Origin: a virus | Taxonomy: Duplodnaviria; Caudoviricetes | Virus record (IMG/VR): IMGVR_UViG_3300033067_000592 | Span: 1-27,159 of that record | Reading direction: 5' to 3' (one strand) | Length of the DNA: 27,159 nt | Part shown: one piece after another, positions 8,964 through 17,204 of the stretch | Layout: every line of letters starts with the position of its first letter | Position numbering within the stretch: the first letter of the stretch is position 1 | Notes under the pieces: generated by a model | Told to the model about the DNA's origin: nothing | The model's database searches: none | What the model saw: the letters and a program-made list of their open reading frames with translations, nothing else | Made by a program: the position numbers and the translations under genes

Positions 8964-10565
8964 TTAGTAATCCTCCTCTGCGTAGCGGTCACGACGTCCC
9001 GGTCGTTTAGGCATTAACTTTGCGAGCGTTAAGCTCCGACCTTTGTTGCGTCGTTCTTTTTCTCGACGCTGCGCGATAGCTGTTTCTATAGTATCGGATT
9101 TAACGGGGAATGCAAACGTCAGAATAAAGGCATCAAAAATATCGGTAGACTTGCCGTACGTCTTACGAATTTCATCTTTGGAAACCAAAAGTATTTTTGC
9201 TGTTGATGATTGCTTATAGTCGGGAATAGCAAGGATGTCTGTGGCTACGTCTTCGTCATCTGGGATAGACACTGGGTCATCCAACAAGCCCCCTTCTAAC
9301 CATTCTTTAAACGCAAACGCCATCTCTACGCGCTTGTTCAAGAACCTGGGGTCCATCGGTTTAGAACCGAAGTGAACACAGGTTACAACCTTTTCATAGC
9401 CTAATTCTCGCAGACGGTCATACGTCCCTGCGCCTGACGCGATATCGATGAAGCACTTCTTGGCTCTGTATTTATCAATCAGGGTAGACGTAATACCGGT
9501 TAGACGCATCTCGTCCATATCGGTGTGTCGTTGTATTTCAAGGGTTTGCCTACCTCTCCTAACAACGATAATAGTTCTGTCACCTTTCCTTGCAGGGTCT
9601 ACTCCTATAACAATAGGTGCTACCGTGTCTCTTAGACCCAGGGTGTGTTGTTTGCGTGCCATCTGCACAGCAGTTGCAGAAATCAATGAGTCACCTGACG
9701 ACTGGAACGCTTCTTCGACGGTGAAAGGATATTCTTGTTTGAACATACTCTCACCCAGGTCTGATATTTTATTTCTCCGCCACTGGAGTTGCCCGTCAGT
9801 CAAGCCGTATAGGTCTACCAGTTCTAACTCACCTTCAGTAGCAACGAAGTCGGGCTTGGGTGGAGCGGTATATTCGGGTTGCCAGTACCAAGGAATAAAG
9901 ATAACTTCGTAAACCCCTTTGCCCTCTAAGGATTCCATCGTCTTGCGGTGGAAGAAGTTACCTATACCGTTAGCGGTAGACTCAAGGATAATCTCTGTGC
10001 CTTCGATATCCGCTACGGTTTGCAGTACCCCGGTCACCAATTGTGCGGATGTCTCCCAGAATGCTACTTCAGAACCGTGGAAGTATTGGTTAGTTTGACT
10101 ACGCCCAGTTGTACCAGCCCCGGCGGTCCCGATGCTGTACTCACTATTGTTTTTCATTTTCATCTGGCGTTGGTTGAGTACTTCCATTTGCGGTCGGGCG
10201 GGCTCGGGAGACTCTCCCAGATAGCGTTGTACCATCGCGAATAGCTTTTCTGTAGACGCAGCTTCGTGCGACAGGATGTAAACGCTCTTTCCTGAGTTGT
10301 GGAGCGCGTGTTTGTAATATCGCGCTGAGACGTACGTAGAACAGCCCTGCTGACGTCCTTTAACAATTATGGCCCTTACCATACCCGTGCGACGTTTCTG
10401 CTCTTCTAGACGTTCGTGGAGGTATTTCTGGGCACGATTGAGTTGGAACGGGATGAACTCTCCGTTCTTGTCTTTGATGGTCAATACGTTTTCGGCAAAG
10501 AACTCGAAGTCATTAACGAGTCGCTTGTGGATTAATTCGCGTTGCTCTTCCTTAGAGTAAGTCAT
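8964..10565 (-). CDS. terL: Terminase large subunit
   Basis: Walker A-like KGRQQGCST, Walker B FHGSEVAFW, coupling motif ILESTANG, FKQEYP, RNase H-like nuclease IGVDPA, and STDIFDA. ATG at 10565 (the track uses TTG at 10568). Confidence 0.92.
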   Translation of the reverse strand: MTYSKEEQRELIHKRLVNDFEFFAENVLTIKDKNGEFIPFQLNRAQKYLHERLEEQKRRTGMVRAIIVKGRQQGCSTYVSARYYKHALHNSGKSVYILSHEAASTEKLFAMVQRYLGESPEPARPQMEVLNQRQMKMKNNSEYSIGTAGAGTTGRSQTNQYFHGSEVAFWETSAQLVTGVLQTVADIEGTEIILESTANGIGNFFHRKTMESLEGKGVYEVIFIPWYWQPEYTAPPKPDFVATEGELELVDLYGLTDGQLQWRRNKISDLGESMFKQEYPFTVEEAFQSSGDSLISATAVQMARKQHTLGLRDTVAPIVIGVDPARKGDRTIIVVRRGRQTLEIQRHTDMDEMRLTGITSTLIDKYRAKKCFIDIASGAGTYDRLRELGYEKVVTCVHFGSKPMDPRFLNKRVEMAFAFKEWLEGGLLDDPVSIPDDEDVATDILAIPDYKQSSTAKILLVSKDEIRKTYGKSTDIFDAFILTFAFPVKSDTIETAIAQRREKERRNKGRSLTLAKLMPKRPGRRDRYAEEDY

Positions 10566-11085
10566 CAATTATACTCTCGGGTTGTATGTCAACGGTAAGC
10601 GGCCCAGGGGGTGACTCGTTGTTTGTTTTGGCGGCAAGACGGTCTAGGAAGTCTTCGTACGACATATTTAAGTTTACGTTTTCTGTTTGCTGCTTGGGTT
10701 TACCGTACGCTCTATCAAATAGAATCTCTGTTGATTTAATGCTTCCGTTGATGGCTTTACCAATCAAGATACGCTGCAACGCTTCAGCGTGCGTCATTCC
10801 GGCTAAACCCTCAAAGAACAGCACTTCACCGGTTTCTTCATCGATGTGTCCTTGATACGGAGAGGACAACAGCGTATGGGTAATCTTTTTCATCCCGTCT
10901 TCGGTACGCGGCGGCACGTCTTCCAAGACGGGCATCCCGTTCTCATCCCAGGTGATGCGTGTCATCCCGTGGCGCTTAACGGCGTATGGGTGAACCACGG
11001 ATGGCAAGGAAAGCCCGCCGAAGTCGTCATCATCTTCGGCGGACATTTGATAACCAGCTAAGGAGTCTCGTATTTTCCTTGCCAT
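10552..11085 (-). CDS. Putative terminase small subunit
   Basis: 177 aa overlapping the terL start. The KAINGSIKSTEILFDRAYGKPKQ segment resembles the DR..GKP motif of many TerS-like proteins. Confidence 0.6.
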   Translation of the reverse strand: MARKIRDSLAGYQMSAEDDDDFGGLSLPSVVHPYAVKRHGMTRITWDENGMPVLEDVPPRTEDGMKKITHTLLSSPYQGHIDEETGEVLFFEGLAGMTHAEALQRILIGKAINGSIKSTEILFDRAYGKPKQQTENVNLNMSYEDFLDRLAAKTNNESPPGPLTVDIQPESIIDDLL

Positions 11086-11090
11086 AGAGC

Positions 11091-11624
11091 TTACTCAAAC
11101 AAATCAGGGTTGGCTTCTACAAGCGCGGTCTGTGTCAGAATTTCAGCTTCGTGGAACTCTTTGTGATGCGCTTGGTTTGCTAAGAAGGCTTCTTCATCAT
11201 CACGACACGCGATAACAGCTTGACGTAAGTCTTCTAGCATTGGGTACAGGTGGGGCTGTACGGGGAGTTCTTTCTTATCGATGAACTTAAGCAGCGCCCC
11301 TTTGCTCATAAACTGAGGCGAGGTGACTTCTTCTGCCGGGTCATCCAGGTTAATCACACCGGTGATGAAGTGAGTACGAAACCCTTTATACCCAGGGTCT
11401 AACTTGATGAGCGCTGGCTCTAACAAGTGATTCTTAATATGCGACAGTGCGCAAGGCATCAACGATTCTGGAATGTTTACTTTCACGTCGTAATTCTTCA
11501 CCGTGTTGCCCGTTCCATTCTCAGACGCCGAAAAATACGTACCCGATACCCCTACTTCGTACATCGTGTTTCCTTTACCCAGGGGGGCTCCCGTTTCTTT
11601 TTTGCTGCTGGCTTTCGTAGTCAT
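11091..11624 (-). CDS. Hypothetical protein, first gene of the leftward operon
   Basis: 177-aa ORF with an AGGAG RBS, 5 nt from terS. No family recognised. Confidence 0.7.
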   Translation of the reverse strand: MTTKASSKKETGAPLGKGNTMYEVGVSGTYFSASENGTGNTVKNYDVKVNIPESLMPCALSHIKNHLLEPALIKLDPGYKGFRTHFITGVINLDDPAEEVTSPQFMSKGALLKFIDKKELPVQPHLYPMLEDLRQAVIACRDDEEAFLANQAHHKEFHEAEILTQTALVEANPDLFE

Positions 11625-11659
11625 TGGGTTCTACTCCTGTGCTATTACAAGACTATGCT

Positions 11660-11678
11660 ATCATATCACTAGTGACAT
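11660..11678 (-). promoter_or_regulatory. Putative leftward (late) extended -10 promoter overlapped by a palindrome
   Basis: Minus strand TG-A-TATGAT (11668-11660), 35 nt upstream of the first leftward gene, with no clear -35. The perfect palindrome TCACTAGTGA lies at 11666-11675. Confidence 0.4.
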
Positions 11679-11703
11679 ATCGTTTTCGTTTTTTCCTTTT
11701 TAC

Positions 11704-11737
11704 ACCACCTGTCGAAGCCGTCAGGTGGTTTATTTTT
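11704..11737 (+). terminator. Hairpin with T-rich tail (possible plus-strand intrinsic terminator)
   Basis: ACCACCTG-N10-CAGGTGGT followed by TTATTTTT. Confidence 0.35.
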
Positions 11738-11740
11738 GGA

Positions 11741-11841
11741 AGCGCTAAAGCTTGAACCGGTTGGTATGACTGGGCATTTTGAATTTGTGTACTGGGAAGG
11801 GGTGGTTTTGTTGGTTATTTGGGGAGCGCTAAAGCTCGAAC
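11741..11841. repeat. Direct repeat AGCGCTAAAGCTYGAAC, 2 copies
   Basis: Copies at 11741-11757 and 11825-11841 (16/17 identical), each preceded by a TTATTT..GG-like segment. Confidence 0.8.
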
Positions 11842-12229
11842 GGTGTGGGGTTGTGTGGTTCGGGAGTAAGGGACTCCCCCAGCGTAGACGACGCCACGAG
11901 CTGGGATGCATGGGGGTCGGAAAAAGGGGGAGGGGGTTAAAATAAAGAATTAAAGGAGCGCGCACGCCCGCGCGTACTTAATGATTCGCACACTTGTATG
12001 TGAATACAAGCGCACAAATAACCAATACATTGATAGCCTCAACATCCCCAAGACGTTGACTAGGCAAGGGTTCTGTAATAAACAATCATGGAAACTGGCA
12101 CTAGGTCACAGAGCCTTGGGAGACTAAGGCGGCGGCGGCGATTATCCCCAAACCAGACGGGGGGCTTGAGTTTGGTAATCGTTGAATTACTTACTCCTGT
12201 ATATTATGGACGCTAACGTTTTTAGACCA

Positions 12230-12460
12230 TGCATTGTTGCGCTTATATTAAAAATCGTCGAATCAATTACCCAGGGGTTTTTACAGCGATTTTTAATACA
12301 AGCTCACTAGTAACCCAATTTCGCAAAACAAAAATAAAAGAAATAATTAAAATAAAATACTTTATAGTACTTTGACTTACTAGTGAGCTCCTATTTAAAA
12401 TGGCCACAAACTAAACCACTAAACCATCTAGCCGATTTTTAATATAAGCGCAACAACGCA
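12230..12460. repeat. Nested inverted repeats around an AT-rich core (candidate replication origin)
   Basis: Outer perfect 24-bp IR at 12234-12257/12433-12456. Inner perfect 13-bp IR at 12301-12313/12377-12389. A/T-rich spacer at 12314-12376. Confidence 0.85.
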
Positions 12461-12560
12461 ACTCCTAAAATCGCTAAAAATCCCATTAAAATCACACATA
12501 AACACCCCATACATAACACATACACTTCTTAACATTAATTAACATCGCACCGGTAAGTAA

Positions 12561-12589
12561 TTGACATGAATTGATTAATCCCCTATCAT
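12561..12589 (+). promoter_or_regulatory. Strong sigma70-type early promoter
   Basis: TTGACA-N17-TATCAT, 46 nt upstream of the first rightward gene. Confidence 0.85.
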
Positions 12590-12635
12590 AAACTTACACA
12601 AACGTTAGAAACCCCAATTTAAGGAAACGAAAACA

Positions 12636-12845
12636 ATGTCATTACCTAACGTTATTGAGTGCACCGTGCGTAACAACTACGGCACTCCTACCGTTTACCC
12701 TCACAACACCGTAGCTAAACAGTTTTGTGAGCTCCTGGGTACAAAAACATTCACCCATAACGCTTTATGTAGGCTCGAAGCCATGGGTTACATAATCGAA
12801 CAAGTAAGCACCCCTTTAAAATTGGAGGACTTGAAACGTGGTTAA
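12636..12845 (+). CDS. Small early phage protein
   Basis: 69 aa with an AAGGA RBS. The NNYG...YP...AK.F..L.GTKT.T....GY pattern is one I recall from phage early proteins. Confidence 0.75.
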   Translation: MSLPNVIECTVRNNYGTPTVYPHNTVAKQFCELLGTKTFTHNALCRLEAMGYIIEQVSTPLKLEDLKRG

Positions 12846-13158
12846 TCAAGCGCAACACATGCCCGGACCCTGGCGTGTTGAGATAGACACAACGGGCAGT
12901 AGATTTCGCTACATCATCCGGGCGAGTGAAAACACGCATGTATGTGAGGTAAACTATCACGCTGCACCTCAGAATATTGGGTCCTTATGTGACCTCATAG
13001 CCGCTGCACCTGAGTTGTTAGAGGTGTTGGAAAGTGCCCTGCAATACATAAAGTACAATGGTCCAACACCGCACGATAACGATTGTGCGTGCAGTTATTG
13101 CAGTATTGTGGCCAAGGCCCAACACGTCATCAACAAAGCCAAGGGAGTGCAAAGCTGA
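12838..13158 (+). CDS. Hypothetical phage protein (H.PGPW...IAAAPELLE type)
   Basis: GGAGG RBS, HMPGPW and LIAAAPELLE motifs, and a C-terminal CxCxxC. Confidence 0.75.
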   Translation: MVNQAQHMPGPWRVEIDTTGSRFRYIIRASENTHVCEVNYHAAPQNIGSLCDLIAAAPELLEVLESALQYIKYNGPTPHDNDCACSYCSIVAKAQHVINKAKGVQS

Positions 13159-13453
13159 TGGAATACGATGTTATTAACTATGACGTGCTAGGCAACCCAA
13201 AAGACGGCTACGAAGTAAACGACGCCCACTACACTGGGTTGACTATCACAGTCAATGATGACGATACAGACGCTAATATCGTTAAAGCCTTGCAGAACGT
13301 GGGGTTTTTACAAGACAGGTTGCACCGTTCTAAATTCGAGGTTGATGGCGACCCTGAATACACTTTATACGTCAACGCAACACATAGCCGTTACGGTGGC
13401 CTGTATCCGTTATGTGAGTTACGCGCTAAAGCCAAGGGAGTGCAAAACTAATG
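13135..13453 (+). repeat. 26-bp direct repeat (24/26) flanking gene 13158..13451
   Basis: AAAGCCAAGGGAGTGCAAARCTRATG at 13135-13160 and 13428-13453. Confidence 0.92.
13158..13451 (+). CDS. Hypothetical phage protein flanked by junction direct repeats
   Basis: Likely start at ATG 13158 (TGATG overlap, GGGAG RBS; the track starts at 13083). Contains YDVLGNPKDGYEVND. Confidence 0.75.
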   Translation: MEYDVINYDVLGNPKDGYEVNDAHYTGLTITVNDDDTDANIVKALQNVGFLQDRLHRSKFEVDGDPEYTLYVNATHSRYGGLYPLCELRAKAKGVQN

Positions 13454-13972
13454 CGTACAATTACCACAACCCTGTATAAGTATGATGAATTGCCTACGGA
13501 TGAAGCCAAGCAAAAAGCAATCGACTGGTATAGAGGTTGCGAGGAATCAGACCCTACTTGGCATCGTGAATGGTGCAATAGTCTTAATGCGTTTGTAGAA
13601 CTATTTAACTTGGATTGTGACACCCGATACGAGAGGTTATATTTTAATTATGGGCGAATCGACGACAATATCCTTGAGTTAAAGGGGCTTCGCCTTTGGA
13701 AGTACCTCCACAATCGAGACTACGTTAAGCGCATAGCAAAAGATTGTCCGTTCACCGGTTATTGTGGGGATGAATCCATACTTGACCCACTAAGAGCGTT
13801 TATCAAAGCACCCAATAAAAACACCACGTTAGAAGAGTTATTGCGTGACTGTCTTTCAAGTTTTGAAACGGCTTGGGAGAAAGACAGGGAGTATCTTACA
13901 AGCGACGAATCTATCATCGAACACATTCAGATTAATGAGTATGAGTTTACCGAAAACGGTAGTATCGCTTAG
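13451..13972 (+). CDS. Conserved hypothetical phage/mobile-element protein
   Basis: 173 aa with Y.YDEL..EAKQKA..W, CPFTGYC.D and NEYEFTENG motifs. TAATG coupling. Confidence 0.8.
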   Translation: MRTITTTLYKYDELPTDEAKQKAIDWYRGCEESDPTWHREWCNSLNAFVELFNLDCDTRYERLYFNYGRIDDNILELKGLRLWKYLHNRDYVKRIAKDCPFTGYCGDESILDPLRAFIKAPNKNTTLEELLRDCLSSFETAWEKDREYLTSDESIIEHIQINEYEFTENGSIA

Positions 13973-13990
13973 CATAAGGAAAAACGACAG

Positions 13991-14944
13991 ATGAGTTACT
14001 TACACAATAACGCTCGCAATATGCCTAAACACGACGTTGCCCATTGTTGGGCACATAACAGAGAGACCCCTGGGTCGACCCCAAACGGTTCTTTTAGTTT
14101 CTCCGCCGGGACTCTGTACAGTTACAACATAGTCATAGCCATTAAACGTGGTGGTGTGACGTTTCACACATCAACCAATTACTCCCCCACAACGCAGCGC
14201 CACCAAAGCGCGGCTTGGGCTGCATCGTCTCACTTAGAGAGGATTGATTTTCCTGATGGTTGCCACGTAGCAAACACTCATCACGATAAACTACCGTGCG
14301 ACGGTGGCCCTGAAACATACTTACACAACCTGGGTCGATGGTTTGAGCAAGAATACAAAAAGCTCGCACGCTGCAAGACGCGGTTTGTTAGTCAGTATGA
14401 ATACTTAGCAAGCCGTCGTGAAACGCATTTACATTGGTTAGAGCGCTGCATTGAACTGTATCCAGAGGAGTTTGCACCGTGGGGTCACCTGATAGCAGAA
14501 ACACGTGATAAACTCATTCCGTCGATTGATTTACAGAAACGCTACGATGCCGATTGTGACCCAGAGGTACAAGCATTAAGCGCTCAAGAACACGCTGAGC
14601 GTAAAGCAAGAAGCGTTGAACGTTGGTTAAAGAAATGGCGTGAGGGGTTGAGCAATGAAGCGCCTAGCGGTTATGAGTTCACATACTTGCGCCATTTAGG
14701 ACCGAACGAAACAACACGATTCGATGTCAGAACGTCTAAAGGTATTACGATTATGGAGGAGGACGTACTAAAGGCCCTTGCAGCATTCAAACACGGTCGC
14801 CTCTTGGGCCAAAAACTAGCCGGGTTTACCATTACCCAGGTCGACACCACTAAACAAGTTGTTATAGCTGGATGTCACACCGTGCCATTTAGTGAGATTG
14901 AATACATAGAAAAGTGTTACAAAGAATGGAAGGGTAAAAACTAA
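13991..14944 (+). CDS. Hypothetical early phage protein
   Basis: 317 aa with an AAGGA RBS and VAH.WA, LYSY, YS.TT.RHQ, TSKG and AGCH motifs. No function recognised. Confidence 0.8.
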   Translation: MSYLHNNARNMPKHDVAHCWAHNRETPGSTPNGSFSFSAGTLYSYNIVIAIKRGGVTFHTSTNYSPTTQRHQSAAWAASSHLERIDFPDGCHVANTHHDKLPCDGGPETYLHNLGRWFEQEYKKLARCKTRFVSQYEYLASRRETHLHWLERCIELYPEEFAPWGHLIAETRDKLIPSIDLQKRYDADCDPEVQALSAQEHAERKARSVERWLKKWREGLSNEAPSGYEFTYLRHLGPNETTRFDVRTSKGITIMEEDVLKALAAFKHGRLLGQKLAGFTITQVDTTKQVVIAGCHTVPFSEIEYIEKCYKEWKGKN

Positions 14945-15261
14945 TGTTATTAACTGATTTTGCTATCACCACCGGCTTATGTGTTGTTGCTGGTTTTGTC
15001 ACAATCGCCTTAACCTGTAAACGCCGGGTTGTAATCAACTCGTGTTATGGCGGCTTTGGGTTGTCGAGTGCAGCGTATGAGCGTTTGGCAGAGTACGGCG
15101 TTCCTATCCAACAGCACTATGAAGCCACACGAGGCCCAGAGGTCGCAAGCGGTAAGTATGCGAAATTAAAAATCGTCGAGATTCCTATATTCACCGAATA
15201 CACGATAGAAGAATACGACGGGATGGAGCACATCGCCGAAAAGCATAAGACGTGGGGTTAA
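14944..15261 (+). CDS. Hypothetical phage protein (IN.CYGGFGLS type) with an N-terminal hydrophobic segment
   Basis: VVINSCYGGFGLS and LKIVEIP...IEEYDGMEHI motifs. TAATG coupling. Confidence 0.75.
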   Translation: MLLTDFAITTGLCVVAGFVTIALTCKRRVVINSCYGGFGLSSAAYERLAEYGVPIQQHYEATRGPEVASGKYAKLKIVEIPIFTEYTIEEYDGMEHIAEKHKTWG

Positions 15262-15265
15262 TGTT

Positions 15266-15586
15266 ATGTTTAAGATGACACCAGAAGAATTTCAAGAGTT
15301 TTTAAGGACACCTGACCCGGAGTGCTCGCACCTTACCCACCCTGTGATACTTGAAAGCGGTTTAGAATTGAGTATCCAACGGGGTTATGGATGGCATAGT
15401 ACTAGGTTCCCAGGTAAAGCCGAGTTTTACGACGTAGAAGTTAAAGCATCGCGGCGCATAGCATCCTGGGCACAGTATAAATCGTCTGTAGTATCCGGGG
15501 CTTATATATACGCCTATGTCCCAGTAACTAAAGTAATCGGGTTAATCAACAGAAATGGAGGCGTTAAACAATATGGGTACGATTAA
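15266..15586 (+). CDS. Hypothetical phage protein, paralog of 20825..21259
   Basis: LSIQ...VEV...IYAYVP...LINRNGG. Confidence 0.7.
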   Translation: MFKMTPEEFQEFLRTPDPECSHLTHPVILESGLELSIQRGYGWHSTRFPGKAEFYDVEVKASRRIASWAQYKSSVVSGAYIYAYVPVTKVIGLINRNGGVKQYGYD

Positions 15587-15704
15587 GTCTGAGTTAAAAG
15601 CGCTTTGTGAGCTAGCTGTGTGGCTCGTGAAGGGGCTTTGGTTACCCGTGGGGTGTTACTACCTCACCCCGTTGTTAGTAAGCGTATTAATGGAGCAGCG
15701 GTGA
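15573..15704 (+). CDS. Small hydrophobic protein (43 aa), below the ORF-track cutoff
   Basis: GGAGG RBS and ATG at 15573: MGTIKSELKALCELAVWLVKGLWLPVGCYYLTPLLVSVLMEQR. Its stop forms TGATG with the next start. Confidence 0.6.
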   Translation: MGTIKSELKALCELAVWLVKGLWLPVGCYYLTPLLVSVLMEQR

Positions 15705-16054
15705 TGCACAGAAAGAAATGGGTGTTATTAAACTCAGGACTTGGTATTTTTAAAAACGTAAGGACGGGTATTAAATACTGGTCGTGCCGAAGCATATGTA
15801 AGTTCGGTAACGACAACAAACTATCTATAGATATCGAGAACTCAAAAGAGTTCAACATAAGAATAAACGCCACCCAGGGTAAGCTCCAAGCCAAAATGCC
15901 AACCCCGCCATTCGCGATAAAGGATGGAGTATTTGAAGTAACCGTCCCTTACAAGGGACCGATTCTAGAGTTAGATGACTCTCCGCTAACTCGACTTATA
16001 GTAGATGCGTTGAATAACTACAAGCCTAAAGAACCGCAATACTTCAACATTTAG
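15704..16054 (+). CDS. Hypothetical protein
   Basis: Likely start at ATG 15704 (GGAG RBS, TGATG overlap) inside track ORF 15620..16054. Confidence 0.6.
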   Translation: MHRKKWVLLNSGLGIFKNVRTGIKYWSCRSICKFGNDNKLSIDIENSKEFNIRINATQGKLQAKMPTPPFAIKDGVFEVTVPYKGPILELDDSPLTRLIVDALNNYKPKEPQYFNI

Positions 16055-16068
16055 AAAGGAAAACGACG

Positions 16069-16299
16069 ATGCCACCCAGGTGCTATGATTTATCCGCTGC
16101 TGAAATAGAACTGTTGCAATGCTTGCACGATAACCCTGGGTCCACGCTCAAACAAGCGGCAGAGATGCTCAACAAATCCATAAAAACGGTAGACATACAA
16201 GCTAGCGCTGCTCGTGAGATTTTAGGGGCAGCGAACACAAAACAAGCGGTTAGAATAGCACTGTTAGAAGGTTATTTAAAGGAGACAAGCAATGTTTGA
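16069..16299 (+). CDS. Stand-alone LuxR/GerE-type HTH transcription regulator
   Basis: LSAAEIELL...TLKQAAEMLNKSIKTV......ILGA.N..QAV.IA...GYL follows the LuxR C-terminal pattern. AGAAAGGA RBS. Confidence 0.75.
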   Translation: MPPRCYDLSAAEIELLQCLHDNPGSTLKQAAEMLNKSIKTVDIQASAAREILGAANTKQAVRIALLEGYLKETSNV

Positions 16300-16618
16300 T
16301 GTACACGAAATAGCCGTAGTGTTAGCCCCAGGGTTGTTTGCTGCGATATTTGGTGCGATTCTCTTGGCCGTGTTGGCGGCTATCGTGTCCAGTATTGTAG
16401 ATAAAATACGCGGCGCGGTTATCTGGTTTGAAGACACTAAGCACCTCATCAAAGCCTGTAACAATAACTTACTAGCTATAAGCGCTGATATACGGGGTCA
16501 AAACGGGCGAATTTCTACGTTGAGCGCCGAGGTGAAAGAACAAAATGAGGTGACCAAGCTAATCATCAACCACACAAACGCAGAGGTTAGAAAGCCCGGA
16601 AAGACGGTAAAAAAGTAA
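16292..16618 (+). CDS. Membrane-anchored coiled-coil hypothetical protein
   Basis: N-terminal hydrophobic stretch followed by a heptad-like region. AAGGAG RBS. Confidence 0.7.
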   Translation: MFDVHEIAVVLAPGLFAAIFGAILLAVLAAIVSSIVDKIRGAVIWFEDTKHLIKACNNNLLAISADIRGQNGRISTLSAEVKEQNEVTKLIINHTNAEVRKPGKTVKK

Positions 16619-16944
16619 TGCCAACATTACGCGAACCCGTTATTATACGCATCGTAAATAGGGAGAGACGGCTTATCGCCGTCTTTCCTACCATCCCCGA
16701 CCCAGAGTTCCAACGGGCGGACATGTGCCAAGCGTATACATTTGAGCGCGGATACTTCACTGTATCCCACGGCTATTACACACATTACACCCTGGGTGGG
16801 GCAAATGCGTTGAAAGCAGAAGGATACAACGAGTTTAAAAAACGATTGCACGAATTACCATTCTCTGTTATAGTCTATGATAGTTGGTTGAAACGATTTG
16901 ACCGTATAAGAAACGAACGATTTGACGAAAGATTCTCGTATTAA
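16618..16944 (+). CDS. Hypothetical phage protein
   Basis: 108 aa, TAATG coupling, LIAVFP segment. Confidence 0.7.
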   Translation: MPTLREPVIIRIVNRERRLIAVFPTIPDPEFQRADMCQAYTFERGYFTVSHGYYTHYTLGGANALKAEGYNEFKKRLHELPFSVIVYDSWLKRFDRIRNERFDERFSY

Positions 16945-16961
16945 GGAAAAGGAAAAACGCG

Positions 16962-17204
16962 ATGTCTACCCAAAATGTGGTCACCCACGTTTACGATACT
17001 GTCGTATCACACGACCTGGCCCACTGCATTAATAGCAACAAAGACTGTACTCGCTGCATCTTTAGTACTTCTTATTGGGGTATGAGCAAGGGTAATTGCA
17101 AGTTTGAGGCAGTTGCTGACAAGTATAAGACTTCGGGTACACCTATGGATAATCGGCGACCCAAGGTGGCAAGTAGTTTCAGAAAATTGGAGATTGTAGA
17201 ATAG
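16962..17204 (+). CDS. Small Cys-containing hypothetical protein
   Basis: 80 aa with an AAGGA RBS and C...CTRC...C. Confidence 0.65.
   Translation: MSTQNVVTHVYDTVVSHDLAHCINSNKDCTRCIFSTSYWGMSKGNCKFEAVADKYKTSGTPMDNRRPKVASSFRKLEIVE

Noticed and set aside
1-11061. Plus-strand ORFs over the structural module (e.g. 1..474, 4579..5232, 9448..9912)
   Set aside because: They are antisense shadows of well-supported minus-strand genes, with no recognisable motifs.
11669-11965. ORFs 11669..11965 (-) and 11736..11945 (+)
   Set aside because: Their composition reflects the G/T skew and DNA repeats, and they lack a convincing RBS. Treated as non-coding.
11625-12635. CRISPR mini-array or insertion sequence in the control region
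   Set aside because: The repeats are inverted or only two-copy, without regular spacers. There is no transposase and no evident target-site duplication.
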